Assembly (NCBI GenBank): GCA_030522375.1
Contig: CP130488.1
Coordinates: forward strand, 576,569-640,568
Direction: 5' to 3'
Source: Methanosuratincola petrocarbonis
GTDB taxonomy: Archaea > Thermoproteota > Methanomethylicia > Methanomethylicales > Methanomethylicaceae
Length of the DNA: 64,000 nt
The notes under the pieces are model-generated. The model saw only the letters and a list, made by a program, of their open reading frames with translations, did no database searches and had not been told where the DNA came from. The position numbers and the translations under genes are program-made. Positions 10,118-20,405 of this stretch are shown here, piece after piece. Within the stretch, counting starts at the first letter, position 1; every line of letters begins with the position of its first letter.

Positions 10118-11819
10118 GGGCGGCTCTGGTTTGCTCGCGAGGCTCTCCAGACCGATCGCCAGCCGCCTCTGCCTCCGCCTCTACCAGGGTGAGCTCGGGG
10201 TCTCCCCTGACTCATACGGCAGGAAGATAGCCCTCGCCGTCCTTCTCTCATCTGCCCTCTCGTCTGTGCCAGTGGCACTACTGGTGCTGCGGCTTTGCGG
10301 TCTGGCAGCCGCGGCTCCTGAACTCCTGCTTGCAACCGGGGCTGCTGCCCTCTCTTCATGGGCGATCCCTGCATATCTTTCCGTGAGGCCTGCCCTCTCA
10401 GCTTTGGGTAGGAGGCGCGCCTGTGAGAGGGAACTCCCATTCCTGACGGCCTTCCTCGCAATCGCCTCAGCCTCGGGCATCCCTACCCAAGTTGCGCTTG
10501 AGAGGCTCAGGCGCTCCGCATTCCTCAAAGCGTTCAGGAACGAGGCACAGAGGATCGAGAAGGTCAGGCGCCTATATGCGCTCCACCCGTACGATGCATT
10601 GGTCTTCGAAGCAAGGCAACACCCCTCCGAACGCGTAAGGGATCTCTACTTCTCTGTTGTCGCCGCCCAGAGGCAGGGCGATGCTGTGCCCTCGGTGCTC
10701 AGGGATGAGCTGATGAAGGTCTTCTCGCACCTGCAGGGCACGATAAAGACCCTCTCGGACAAGTTCTCCATGATCGCCTCTGCAGAGATGATCGCTTTCA
10801 TACTCGTCCCCATGGGAGCGCTCACGCTCGGCACAGTCTTCAGCTCGGCTGTCTCGCTGCCCACCATAGTGGCTGCCTGCATTGGCCTCCCGAGCATTAC
10901 CGCAGTCCTGCTTAGTATAATGATCGACTCCTCGCTCCCGAAGGAGCTCACGACCCCTGTGCCGCTGAAAGGGTTCTCAATAGCGCTTGCCGCCCTCCCT
11001 TTGGGTGCGGCACTGTCTGCAATTTTTTGGGTGGCAGGGATCCCTGTGCCCGCTTACCTTGCATTCGGGGCAGTGCTGCTCTCCTCGCTAGCAGCAGCCT
11101 CTTTGTACTACCTCCCTATGCGGAGGGAAGTCAGCCAGGTTCTTGCCGCCCTCCCTGCCTTCACCAGGCTTGTCGCCGAGGAGGTCAAGAAGGGGAGCTC
11201 ACCAGGCATGTCCATAATACACTTCTCTGAGGCAAGGGCTTTCAACCAACACTTTGACAGGTTCCTGCACAGGATATCAGCATTCCTGAAGATAGGAGTC
11301 CCAGTATCAGAGGTCGCAGAAGCCGTACGCGCGCCCTGGGTAGTCAAGGCAGCATTCGAGTTGATAGACGAGTCCGAGAGGATGGGATCTGAGCCGAAGA
11401 GCCTAGATCACCTTTCCGAGCTCGTCTCGAGCCTTACCCTCTGCATGAAGGCGCTCTCGTCCCAGACCCGGCTCTTCACAGCTGTGAGCTATATGAATAC
11501 GCTCGTGCTGACTTTCACTACGGTGGTTGCGGTCGACGTGATCGGGAGGCTATTCGCTGGGGCCCTCGGCAGCGTTAGCATTAGCCTGCCGTTCGGCCTC
11601 TCCTTCATGACGGGATCCCAATTCGAGCTCGCAGCTGCAGTTGCGTACCTCGCAGTTATATACGACGCATTCCTGCTTGGGGTAGTCGGCGGTAAGCTCA
11701 GCAGGGGAGGATCGGTCGCGGACGGATTGATGCCCGCAGCTGTATGTGTAGCACTCTCAATTGCCGGATTCTTGGCGTTCAGGGAACTGGGCCTGATAAG
11801 GTTTGTCTTCGGAGTGTGA
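10107..11819 (+). CDS. Type IV pilus / archaellum assembly membrane protein, TadC/FlaJ-like (T2SS protein F domain)
   Basis: 570 aa polytopic membrane protein. Overlaps the ATPase stop. Typical pilin-ATPase-platform gene order. Confidence 0.75.
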   Translation: MTPEGGSGLLARLSRPIASRLCLRLYQGELGVSPDSYGRKIALAVLLSSALSSVPVALLVLRLCGLAAAAPELLLATGAAALSSWAIPAYLSVRPALSALGRRRACERELPFLTAFLAIASASGIPTQVALERLRRSAFLKAFRNEAQRIEKVRRLYALHPYDALVFEARQHPSERVRDLYFSVVAAQRQGDAVPSVLRDELMKVFSHLQGTIKTLSDKFSMIASAEMIAFILVPMGALTLGTVFSSAVSLPTIVAACIGLPSITAVLLSIMIDSSLPKELTTPVPLKGFSIALAALPLGAALSAIFWVAGIPVPAYLAFGAVLLSSLAAASLYYLPMRREVSQVLAALPAFTRLVAEEVKKGSSPGMSIIHFSEARAFNQHFDRFLHRISAFLKIGVPVSEVAEAVRAPWVVKAAFELIDESERMGSEPKSLDHLSELVSSLTLCMKALSSQTRLFTAVSYMNTLVLTFTTVVAVDVIGRLFAGALGSVSISLPFGLSFMTGSQFELAAAVAYLAVIYDAFLLGVVGGKLSRGGSVADGLMPAAVCVALSIAGFLAFRELGLIRFVFGV

Positions 11820-11913
11820 GCCCTTTGCTGAGCTGCCTTGCGCTGCATTATTATGGCAGGCATTGCGCATGCAGAGCCATGCCTGCAAACCCCATGGTTT
11901 TTGCACTGAAAGG

Positions 11914-12177
11914 TCAGAGCGCAGAGATTATCATGCTCACTATCAGGAGAGCCCAGCCCAGCAGAATTATTATCCCGAGTATCTTCTTTCCTGTGCTCAC
12001 CACCACGAGGAGGATGTATGCTGCGGTGAGCGACACGAGTAGGGCTATAGTGCTCGCAAACGCCTCAGAGAGTTCAGGGTTCACCTTGAAGAGCGTCATG
12101 CTCAGTATGCTCTCTATAGCCCACCTCAGCCCGTTGAATGCAATTCCTATCAGGTTTATTATCCATCCAAACTCCAT
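11914..12177 (-). CDS. Small membrane protein
   Basis: 87 aa with two predicted TM helices. Sits downstream of the TrmO-like gene on the same strand. Confidence 0.35.
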   Translation of the reverse strand: MEFGWIINLIGIAFNGLRWAIESILSMTLFKVNPELSEAFASTIALLVSLTAAYILLVVVSTGKKILGIIILLGWALLIVSMIISAL

Positions 12178-12280
12178 TTTGATCCACCCTACTAATGCGC
12201 AGATTCAATATAACACTAGCGGAGCGCCAATCCTGGGATCCTGAGTCACTGCAAGGAATGCTGCTTGGGCATCCATCGCG

Positions 12281-12832
12281 TCAAAAGGTCAAATCCTTGC
12301 CCTTTTCCTTCCTGACCTTTTCCCTCATCTCGTTGAACCACGGGGGGAACCTGATCTCGCCCTTGAGCTCTTGCGGCACATGCGGCTTGAGGTCGATCAC
12401 AGGCGTCCCGTCGTAAAGATCGAGCCCTTCGACCTCCAAGACATTACCAACCCTCCTGACAAGCCTGACCACGCTAAGCGCAATCGGGTTCGGCCTATGG
12501 GGGGACCGGGTGTTGAATACCCCCACCTCGGGGACTTTTTCGGGGTCGTCGGCATACTTGGCAAGCCACTTCGGCCTGACCTTCAGAACCTTCCTCTCAG
12601 CGGCTTTGACCCTGTCCAAGAAGGCGACGACTATTATGTGCGAGAATCCCTCTATGCCTTCGAGCCCCTCGGAGTACTCCTCAAAGATCTCGATCCTCCC
12701 TGGAACCCCGTCGAAGCTTTCCCCCACTTCTGAGTCGCCGTATCTTGTCCTGACGATGCCAATCGGACTGATCGCAATCTCCTTGAGCCGCATCGAGCCC
12801 AAACCCTCCGAGTCCGCCATGCCTAGGTTCAC
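12281..12832 (-). CDS. trmO: tRNA (adenine37-N6)-methyltransferase TrmO/TsaA family (UPF0066, YaeB-like)
   Basis: 183 aa with the TsaA-like beta-barrel signature (IGIVRT...G..IEIFEEY..GLEGIEGFSHIIVV, FNTRSPHRPNPI). Confidence 0.75.
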   Translation of the reverse strand: MNLGMADSEGLGSMRLKEIAISPIGIVRTRYGDSEVGESFDGVPGRIEIFEEYSEGLEGIEGFSHIIVVAFLDRVKAAERKVLKVRPKWLAKYADDPEKVPEVGVFNTRSPHRPNPIALSVVRLVRRVGNVLEVEGLDLYDGTPVIDLKPHVPQELKGEIRFPPWFNEMREKVRKEKGKDLTF

Positions 12833-12858
12833 CGCGCAACCCTCGGTCGATCCTATTG

Positions 12859-13155
12859 TTAAGTCTGCGTCTCTACTTTGCCGCTTATCTTTTTGCCCAG
12901 AAACTCGAAGAACTCGTCCCCGATCTCGCCCACGTACCTCTCCCCCGAGACGAAGACTGCAGGGGTCGACTCGACGCCCCTCTTCTCAGCCTCCTTGAAC
13001 CCCTCTTCGGTGTCAATGTCGTACTTGATGAGCCTGACAGCCTCCTGGCCCGAGTTAAGTTCGCTTACCTTGGAGGAGATTAACCTGTCTGCAGCCTGGC
13101 AGCCCGCGCAGTTCTCGGACTTGAAAAGGACGACCTCTATCGGGAGCCCTGGCAT
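12859..13155 (-). CDS. Glutaredoxin/thioredoxin-like small redox protein
   Basis: 98 aa with a CAGC redox motif near the N-terminus. Thioredoxin-fold length. Confidence 0.6.
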   Translation of the reverse strand: MPGLPIEVVLFKSENCAGCQAADRLISSKVSELNSGQEAVRLIKYDIDTEEGFKEAEKRGVESTPAVFVSGERYVGEIGDEFFEFLGKKISGKVETQT

Positions 13156-13207
13156 TTGCGGTCACATTAATGGTTCTGTGCAAACCATATATATCTTGTT
13201 TTGATAA

Positions 13208-13729
13208 GTGCGTCTGGTCGCTATGGAAAAGAGGGAGCACTTTTCATACAAGGCCATCTGCCCAGGCTGCGGCGAGGAGACCCTTTCGGTCGAGGAGCTC
13301 TACGACGAGATCCCGGGGCTGGGCATGGCTGTCCTGGTCTCGATGTTCTGCCCGAAGTGCGGGGTGAGGGCGTACCACGAGATCCCGCTTGAGAACCGCG
13401 GGATAAAGAAGATAGAGTTCCGGGTCTCCGGCGGGAAAGACCTCAGCGCGAGGGTGATAAGGTCACCAACCGGGAAGATACTGATACCCGAGCTTGGGCT
13501 AGAACTTAGCCCTGGCTCCAGGCCGGTCGGTTTTGTCACAAATGTCGAGGGGGTCCTGCAGCGTTTCCTTGAGGTTGCTGAGCAGCTCGCAGGGATCGAA
13601 GATGGCCCGAAGAGGGAAGAGGCAGAGATGGCAGTCAAGAGGATAAGGTTGGCAATGGGCGGCTCTCTCCCCTTCACGATCATAATCGAGGACGATCTCG
13701 GGAACAGCGCCATAATACCGCCTGAGTGA
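13208..13729 (+). CDS. ZPR1-type zinc-finger protein
   Basis: CPGCG...CPKCG Cys4 pair and ZPR1-like domain organisation. 173 aa; an alternative start lies at 13223. Confidence 0.65.
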   Translation: MRLVAMEKREHFSYKAICPGCGEETLSVEELYDEIPGLGMAVLVSMFCPKCGVRAYHEIPLENRGIKKIEFRVSGGKDLSARVIRSPTGKILIPELGLELSPGSRPVGFVTNVEGVLQRFLEVAEQLAGIEDGPKREEAEMAVKRIRLAMGGSLPFTIIIEDDLGNSAIIPPE

Positions 13730-13732
13730 CCC

Positions 13733-14893
13733 TCAGGCAGTGGCCAGCGCCTCTTCGAGATCCGCGATCAGGTCCTCTGTGTCCTCGAGCCCGACAGAGA
13801 GCCTCACGAGCCCGTCGGTGATCCCGAGCTCTGTCCTCTCCTCGGGGCTTATGTTCTTGTGCGATGATGATACGGGGTGGGTCACTAGCGTCTCTGCCCC
13901 TCCGAGGCTGGGGGCAGTCTTGATCAGCTTGAGCCCGCCAAGGAACCTCATCGCGCTCTCCATGCCTTCGAGCTCGAATGAGACCACCCCTCCGAACCCC
14001 CTCATCAGCTCCTTTGCCCTCTCGTGGTGGGGGCTGGACTCCAGACCGGGGTAGTGGACCTTCTTGACCTTCTGATGTCGCTCAAGGAACTCCGCTATCA
14101 CCTGCGCCTTCCTATTCTGCTCCTCTACCCTCAGCTTCAGGGTCTTCAATCCCCTGATCACCAGGTATGCCGCGAATGGATCCAGGCTACCCCCAAGGTT
14201 CCTCCTCCACTCCCAGGCATTGTTTATCCCTTCTTTTGGTCCGATCAAAACCCCGGCGACCGCATCGTTGTGGCCGCCCAGGTACTTGGTCGCGCTGTGT
14301 ATAACATACTCTGCCCCTGCTTCGATCGGCCTGAAGTTTATGGGCGTGGCGAATGTGTTATCGACGACCAAGGTTGCCCCATTCCTGCGGCATGCCTCGG
14401 CTATCCCTTTGATGTCAGGGACATTCAAGGTCGGGTTGGTGATCGACTCCACGAAGACGAGCTTGGTCTCGTCGCCGATCTCCCCTTCCAGCTTGTCGTT
14501 CAGGACACACTTGACCCTTATCCCGAACTTCTCCAACGACCTCATTAGGATGAGGCTCGCCCCGTAGACCTCCTTCGAGGCAACAATGGTGTCCCCCTGC
14601 CTGGTCAGGCTAAGCAGAAGGGTCGAGATCGCTGCCATTCCTGAAGAAAAAGCCAAGCAATCCTCTCCGCCCTCGAGGGCAGCCATCTTCATCTCGAGCA
14701 GGTTTACAGTCGGATTGTCCTCCCTGCTGTACTTGAGATCCCTGCCCCGGATCTGCTTTCCGTTTGGGTGCTTGAAGATGGTGGTCTGGTAGATTGGCTC
14801 TATTATGTCGTCGCCTTCTGCACACCCGTGGTGGATCGCGGTAGTGCTCAAGCCCCTTCTTCTTGCCATGTTCGGCACCCCGCATAATACCAA
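13733..14893 (-). CDS. PLP-dependent Cys/Met metabolism enzyme (cystathionine gamma-synthase/lyase or O-acetylhomoserine sulfhydrylase family)
   Basis: 386 aa. SATKYLGGHNDAVAGV carries the PLP-lysine motif. Family-typical N- and C-terminal regions. Confidence 0.85.
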   Translation of the reverse strand: MVLCGVPNMARRRGLSTTAIHHGCAEGDDIIEPIYQTTIFKHPNGKQIRGRDLKYSREDNPTVNLLEMKMAALEGGEDCLAFSSGMAAISTLLLSLTRQGDTIVASKEVYGASLILMRSLEKFGIRVKCVLNDKLEGEIGDETKLVFVESITNPTLNVPDIKGIAEACRRNGATLVVDNTFATPINFRPIEAGAEYVIHSATKYLGGHNDAVAGVLIGPKEGINNAWEWRRNLGGSLDPFAAYLVIRGLKTLKLRVEEQNRKAQVIAEFLERHQKVKKVHYPGLESSPHHERAKELMRGFGGVVSFELEGMESAMRFLGGLKLIKTAPSLGGAETLVTHPVSSSHKNISPEERTELGITDGLVRLSVGLEDTEDLIADLEEALATA

Positions 14894-15108
14894 CGATATT
14901 ATATTTTAATCTATCTATTTATTATTTGCAGTAATAGAAGCCCCTCCTCGTGGCTTCCCGAATCATGTGACGGACCCAGCCTCTGCTGTGGGCAGGACTG
15001 CTACTGCCGGTGGCGGTGAGCCACCCGCCCGCCCCTAAAAGGGCGTGGGATTTCCCGCCCACAATGTTAAAAGCCCAAACCCCCAAGTAACGGGAGAGTG
15101 GAAAACCT

Positions 15109-15573
15109 GTGATCACGCTCTATTTCGATGGGCTCTGCATGCCCAAAAACCCGGGCGGTGTAGCCACCTTTGGTTATGCCATTTATTCCGATGGGAAGAA
15201 GCTCAACGAGGGGCGCGGCTTCGTCGGGGCGGGAATGCTCGGCGACGACGTCTCAAACAATGTCGCGGAGTACCACGCGCTGATCAGGGGTCTCGAGCAC
15301 CTCCTCTCCATAGGTTACAACGGTGAGGTCGAGATAAGGGGCGACAGCCAATTGGTCATAAACCAGCTCTCCGGCAAGTATGCGGTCAGGGCGAGGCGTT
15401 TAGTAGCGCTCCACAGGAAGGCAGAAGATCTCCTTAAGCACTTCAGCAAAACCACTCTCAAATGGATCCCTAGGGAAGAGAACGAAGAGGCAGACCGCCT
15501 GAGCAGGGTGGCTTTCGACGAATTCCTTAGAGGGCACTATGCGGAGTACAAAAGGTACTATGGATCATCGTGA
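15109..15573 (+). CDS. rnhA: Ribonuclease HI, archaeal type
   Basis: 154 aa RNase H-like fold (LYFDG...EYHALIRGLE...EIRGDSQLVINQ...EENEEADRL). GTG start. Confidence 0.75.
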   Translation: MITLYFDGLCMPKNPGGVATFGYAIYSDGKKLNEGRGFVGAGMLGDDVSNNVAEYHALIRGLEHLLSIGYNGEVEIRGDSQLVINQLSGKYAVRARRLVALHRKAEDLLKHFSKTTLKWIPREENEEADRLSRVAFDEFLRGHYAEYKRYYGSS

Positions 15574-15653
15574 ATTCAAGCCTTAAAAATTCCAAATCGA
15601 TTTGAAGTCATAAATAAATTCTTTAGAAAGGGTTATAACAAATAACGACTTTT

Positions 15654-18119
15654 ATGATTAATGTGGTATTGATGCAGCGCAAGGTACTCCTGGTCGCGAT
15701 TCTGCTGTTGCTCTATCTCAACAGCATTGCCCTGCCTGTGGGCTCAGGGCTTTATGAATCTTCTATTGAGTCGCATATAGTGATAGGGAACGCCTCTGTC
15801 GTCGTCTTTGGAGATAACGGTGCTGCCTCGACAGAGACTTCCAATTCAGGGGATTTCTCAATAATTGATGGGCTGGCAGCAGGCACATATGACGTAGAGG
15901 TCTCGGCGCCCGGGTACATCAGCACTTACCTAAGCGGGGTGAATATATACGCTGGGTACCTGAAGGACCTCGGCGTGATCAACCTGAGCCCATCTGCACG
16001 AATCGAGGGGATGGTCGTCGGGCCGAATGACGAACCCATATCCAACATATCTTTGCGCCTTGTGGACGAAGGGAGCGGTTCGGTTGTGGCCGCCACCCGA
16101 TCTTCCGACTCTGGGGCATTCACCTTCGATTCGAACGTTAGGAGTGGCAATTATTCAATAATCGGGTACATAGATCCTTACTTCCCTGCCTCAGGCTTTG
16201 GGTACATGACCGGATCTGTCAGCGGCATCGCTGCGGCTGAGGGGCAAACTACATCAGGGGTCCTTATCCGCCTCAACGCATCGGGCATAATTGCTGGCAC
16301 GGTCAAGGATGAAAGCGGATCGCCTGTGGCTGGGGTGACGTTGAGGGCTTTCAGCATCGACGGGCAATCCAGGTTCGCTTTCGCAAAGGCCGACAGCCTT
16401 GGGCGGTTCAACATATCAACAAACCTACCCAGCGGCAGGTACAACCTGACTATATACGATGTAACCGGTTTTGTCTTCGATCCGTTCTCGGACTCCGCCA
16501 CTGTGAATTTGACTGCAGGATCTACATCGACCGTTAACTTCGTACTCAAGCGCTCTGGGATCATCTCGGGTAGGATCGTTTATTCGGACAATTCTCCGGC
16601 TGGATCAATACTCGTCTATGCCTTCAGCAGCGACAACAGGTACTTCGGTTATGCCTACTCAAATTCAGACGGCACTTACTCGATAAGCACAGGGCTCGGT
16701 ACCGGAAACTATACAGTCATTGCCAACAACGAATTCTCAAAATCCAAGACTGTGCTCGTAACGGCAGCTCATGAGACAAAGAATATTGACTTCAAGCTCT
16801 CCACGATTGGCGCTTCAAAAGTAATAGTCTCAGGGAGGGTGCTCGACTCCATGAACAGGCCCGTATCTTCAGCCATGGTATTCACCCCTTCGGACTACAC
16901 GTCGAGCTCGGATGATGGGAGCTATACAATCGAGATTGCCCTGCCCGCTGGTCAAAGTTCCATTACTGTGCCACTGACGGCATCGAAAAGGGGGTACTAT
17001 GACGGCGAGATCAATGTCACTGCCGTTGCTGGTCAAGGGGAAGTTCGGGCAGACATAACCTTGGTGGAGATGCCGAAGGGTTCCATTGCTGGAAAAGTTG
17101 TCTTCGGCCCCCCAAAGGAGAACACAGCGCTCACCATAGGTTCTGAGTATGCAAACGTCATGGTAGACCAAGAGTTCACTGTTTTCGGTTCGTCCCCGAC
17201 TTCAGGAGACGGCACAGTGGTGTATTTTATGTCCAAGAACGGTACGGGTTTCATGTACGCGGGGAACTCATCAATGACTGACGGCAGGTTCGCATTCAGC
17301 TTCGTCCCAGATTCCCCTGGCATGATGCGGATAAGGGCATACTGGTCAGGCGACAATCAATACAACCCCGTCGAGTCAAACACATTATCCATTGAGGCGT
17401 TCCCCCCTTCCTCGAAGACCCCTGTGGAGATAGCGATGTCCTCGACGGCTGCCAGCGTCCCCCCCGGATCAAGGATAAAGTTAACCGGAACCGCCCCCCC
17501 GATGAAAGATGGGGTGTTGCGACTATATGGGTCGGTGAACGGCTCGGGCTTCAATCAAATCGCCAACCTTACCCTGATCGAGGGCACCTTCTTCCACACA
17601 GTGGTGCTCAATGAGGGTGGAGTCTACTCCTTCTACGCAGTCTGGCCGGGCGATGCCAGCCGCTTCGCCAACAAATCAGGGATTGTCACTGTTACGGCGG
17701 CTCCAGGTGTGAAGGTCACCCCTACAGTTATGCTAAATTCATCCAAGACAACGGTCACGCTCTCAGAGAATGTGACCTCCGTTCCTGTTGCCATCTACGG
17801 CAGGATTTACCCGCCGGTTGCCGAGACCCAGGTTATAATCACCGTCACCGATCCCGCAAACGTGAAGACGAATATGACCGTGAGCACGAACGACTCTGAG
17901 TTCAGCCTACAGCTGATCTTGAACAAGCGCGGGACCTGGTCAGTGGTAGCCGGCATACCTGAGGGGCAGATATACGCCCCGTCCGCCTCTTCGCCCCTGG
18001 CGATCACGGCTGAATATTCTGGGGGTGCTGACAATACGATGATTTACATCATCGGGGTTGGGGTCGTCATCTTGGCGCTCGCGGTTGTCCTCTTCATCGT
18101 ATTCTCCAAGGGCAAGTGA
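15654..18119 (+). CDS. Large cell-surface protein with repeated carboxypeptidase-regulatory-like (Ig-like) domains and a C-terminal TM anchor
   Basis: 821 aa. Signal peptide (MQRKVLLVAILLLLYLNSIA; probable true start at 15672). Multiple G..Y.V repeats of the CarboxypepD_reg type. C-terminal IYIIGVGVVILALAVVLFIVFSKGK anchor. Confidence 0.75.
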   Translation: MINVVLMQRKVLLVAILLLLYLNSIALPVGSGLYESSIESHIVIGNASVVVFGDNGAASTETSNSGDFSIIDGLAAGTYDVEVSAPGYISTYLSGVNIYAGYLKDLGVINLSPSARIEGMVVGPNDEPISNISLRLVDEGSGSVVAATRSSDSGAFTFDSNVRSGNYSIIGYIDPYFPASGFGYMTGSVSGIAAAEGQTTSGVLIRLNASGIIAGTVKDESGSPVAGVTLRAFSIDGQSRFAFAKADSLGRFNISTNLPSGRYNLTIYDVTGFVFDPFSDSATVNLTAGSTSTVNFVLKRSGIISGRIVYSDNSPAGSILVYAFSSDNRYFGYAYSNSDGTYSISTGLGTGNYTVIANNEFSKSKTVLVTAAHETKNIDFKLSTIGASKVIVSGRVLDSMNRPVSSAMVFTPSDYTSSSDDGSYTIEIALPAGQSSITVPLTASKRGYYDGEINVTAVAGQGEVRADITLVEMPKGSIAGKVVFGPPKENTALTIGSEYANVMVDQEFTVFGSSPTSGDGTVVYFMSKNGTGFMYAGNSSMTDGRFAFSFVPDSPGMMRIRAYWSGDNQYNPVESNTLSIEAFPPSSKTPVEIAMSSTAASVPPGSRIKLTGTAPPMKDGVLRLYGSVNGSGFNQIANLTLIEGTFFHTVVLNEGGVYSFYAVWPGDASRFANKSGIVTVTAAPGVKVTPTVMLNSSKTTVTLSENVTSVPVAIYGRIYPPVAETQVIITVTDPANVKTNMTVSTNDSEFSLQLILNKRGTWSVVAGIPEGQIYAPSASSPLAITAEYSGGADNTMIYIIGVGVVILALAVVLFIVFSKGK

Positions 18120-18191
18120 TCTTTCCCTCCCTGCCCTACCCAATCTTTTTAAAGATCTACCCTGATAGACTCTGAAACCGCAGGTGTCTTT

Positions 18192-19094
18192 ATGAAATTC
18201 GCCACATTCGAGCAAGGCTCAAAACTCTTCCCTGGCATGGTGGTTGGAGAATACTTGGTCCGCCTGGACTTGTTAGAAACGATCAGGGGGCTCCTCGGCG
18301 GGGTCGATCTCGACCTTCTCTCATTCATAGAGCTCGCAGACGAGGCGCTCCTCTCGTCCCTGAAGGAAGAGGTTGATTCCCTTTCCGGATCCGAACTGCT
18401 CGGGATGGAAGAAAAGCGAGTAGCAGTCAAGCTTAATGAAGCACGTCTGAGGGCACCGATCACGAGGCCTCCTGCAGTCTTTTGCCTCGGCTTCAACTTC
18501 AGGTCGCATGCGCCCGAGCTAAAGAGGCCTGTCCCTGAAGTGCCGATCGTTTTCATGAAGCCTTCTAGGTCTGTGGTGGGTCCTGGCGACGAGATCGTGC
18601 TGCCCAAGGTCTCAGCGAGGGTTGACTACGAGGTCGAGCTCTGCGTCGTGATTGGGAAGGGCGGGCGATACATCCCGAGATCCGAGGCGTATTCCAGGAT
18701 CTTCGGATATACTGTGCTAAACGACATAACAGCGAGGGACATACAGCAAAGGGACTTCTCCCTCGCCCGACCGTGGCTGAGGTCGAAAGGCTTTGACACA
18801 TTCGCTCCCATCGGGCCCTTCATTGTCACCGGCGACGAGGTCGGAGATCCGATGTCGCTCTCCCTTTCACTGAGCGTGAACGGGGAGGTCAGGCAGAGCT
18901 CGAGGACGAGCGAAATGATTTTTGATGTCCCATCTGTGGTCGAGTACATATCATCTTTCACGACTCTAGAGCCTGGGGCGCTTATTGCGATGGGGACCCC
19001 TGAGAAGATTGGGCAGCTCCACGACGGGGACACGGTCGAGGCAACAGTCGAGAGGATAGGTACGCTCAGGAACAGGGCGGTGCTGGAGAGATGA
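18192..19094 (+). CDS. Fumarylacetoacetate hydrolase (FAH) family protein
   Basis: 300 aa. FAH-domain motifs (VDYEVELCVVIGK, GFDTFAPIGP). Confidence 0.8.
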   Translation: MKFATFEQGSKLFPGMVVGEYLVRLDLLETIRGLLGGVDLDLLSFIELADEALLSSLKEEVDSLSGSELLGMEEKRVAVKLNEARLRAPITRPPAVFCLGFNFRSHAPELKRPVPEVPIVFMKPSRSVVGPGDEIVLPKVSARVDYEVELCVVIGKGGRYIPRSEAYSRIFGYTVLNDITARDIQQRDFSLARPWLRSKGFDTFAPIGPFIVTGDEVGDPMSLSLSLSVNGEVRQSSRTSEMIFDVPSVVEYISSFTTLEPGALIAMGTPEKIGQLHDGDTVEATVERIGTLRNRAVLER

Positions 19095-19145
19095 CCATGG
19101 ATTTTTATATAGAAGCGGGCTTATCGTTTACGGGGGCTTACCGAA

Positions 19146-20309
19146 ATGGACTATGATGCCGTGGTTGTGGGCGCTGGCCCTGCAGGCTTGATGGCTGCGA
19201 GGAAGATCGCTTCCAAGGGCTTTTCGGTTTTGATCCTTGAGAAGGAGAAAGACCTCGGGACTAGGGCATGCGCCGAGGCGGTCTCGGTCTCGGCCTTCGA
19301 GACTGCTGAGATCCCTCCGTCCCCATCCCTCATCTCCAACACGATAAACGGGGCTTATGTCTTCCCTCCTGACGAGACGAAAGGAGTCAGGATCTCTGGG
19401 GGGGACTACCGCGGGTACATACTCAACAAGCAGCAGTTCCTCTACGCCTTGGCAAGCCAAGCGGTCTCCGCGGGTGCCGACCTCGAGATGCGATCCGAGG
19501 TCAAGGACGTCAAGATGGAAGGGGGAACCGCAAAGAGCCTGATCTATTCCCACAAGGGCGAGGACAAGGAGATCGCTTTCAAATACCTCGTTGGCGCGGA
19601 CGGTGTCGGATCCAGGGTCGCCAAGTCATGCGGGTTCGACCTTTCAGGCTTTGAGATCATCCCAACGATCCAGTACGTGATGGTCAATTGCAAGGTCCCA
19701 GAGAAAGACATTATACGCATCTACATGGGCAATGAAGTTGCCCCTCTGGGGTACGTGTGGATATTCGCAAAGAACGAGTATGTCGCCAATGTCGGGATAG
19801 GCGTCAGGGGGAAGCCGGCGAAGCCCTACTTGGACAAGTTCATCGCCTCCCACCCTGATATTTTTGAAGGATCAAGGGTTGTGAAAGAGGGGGGCGGCGG
19901 CGTGCCCGTCGGCGGCCAGATCAGAGAGATCGTAAGGGGGAATGTTGTCCTTTGCGGCGACTCCGCTGGGCAGGTGATTCCGATCACAGGCGGAGGGATC
20001 AGGACCAGCATGGGGGCGGGCAGCATAGCAGGCGCCTGCGTTGCAGAGGCACTGGAAGCAGGGGACTCCGGGGCGCTCAGGAAATATCCCGCGTCGTACG
20101 GCGAGTACTGGGGGACAAGGATCAGCAGGAGCCTCAAGGTGCTGAGGGCGCTCGAGGCGCTCGGCGACGACGACCTGGATCTCCTCGGATCGATTATGAG
20201 CGGCGACGACATTGTCGACCTGGCTAACGGTCTCGATGTGAAGAGAGTCGTAGCGAAGTTCTCGAGGCACCCCATTCTCGCAATGAAGATTGCCTCAAAG
20301 ATACTCTAA
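19146..20309 (+). CDS. Geranylgeranyl reductase family FAD-dependent oxidoreductase (digeranylgeranylglycerophospholipid reductase-like)
   Basis: N-terminal FAD fold (DAVVVGAGPAGLMAAR). GGR-family length and GD motif (VVLCGDSAGQV). Confidence 0.85.
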   Translation: MDYDAVVVGAGPAGLMAARKIASKGFSVLILEKEKDLGTRACAEAVSVSAFETAEIPPSPSLISNTINGAYVFPPDETKGVRISGGDYRGYILNKQQFLYALASQAVSAGADLEMRSEVKDVKMEGGTAKSLIYSHKGEDKEIAFKYLVGADGVGSRVAKSCGFDLSGFEIIPTIQYVMVNCKVPEKDIIRIYMGNEVAPLGYVWIFAKNEYVANVGIGVRGKPAKPYLDKFIASHPDIFEGSRVVKEGGGGVPVGGQIREIVRGNVVLCGDSAGQVIPITGGGIRTSMGAGSIAGACVAEALEAGDSGALRKYPASYGEYWGTRISRSLKVLRALEALGDDDLDLLGSIMSGDDIVDLANGLDVKRVVAKFSRHPILAMKIASKIL

Positions 20310-20405
20310 ATATTTTTTTCTGTTAAACACTTTTTATACGCATATGACAATAGAAAGTCTAATTAATGGTTTGTATGCATAATCATGATGAAGGAATGAG
20401 TTCTG

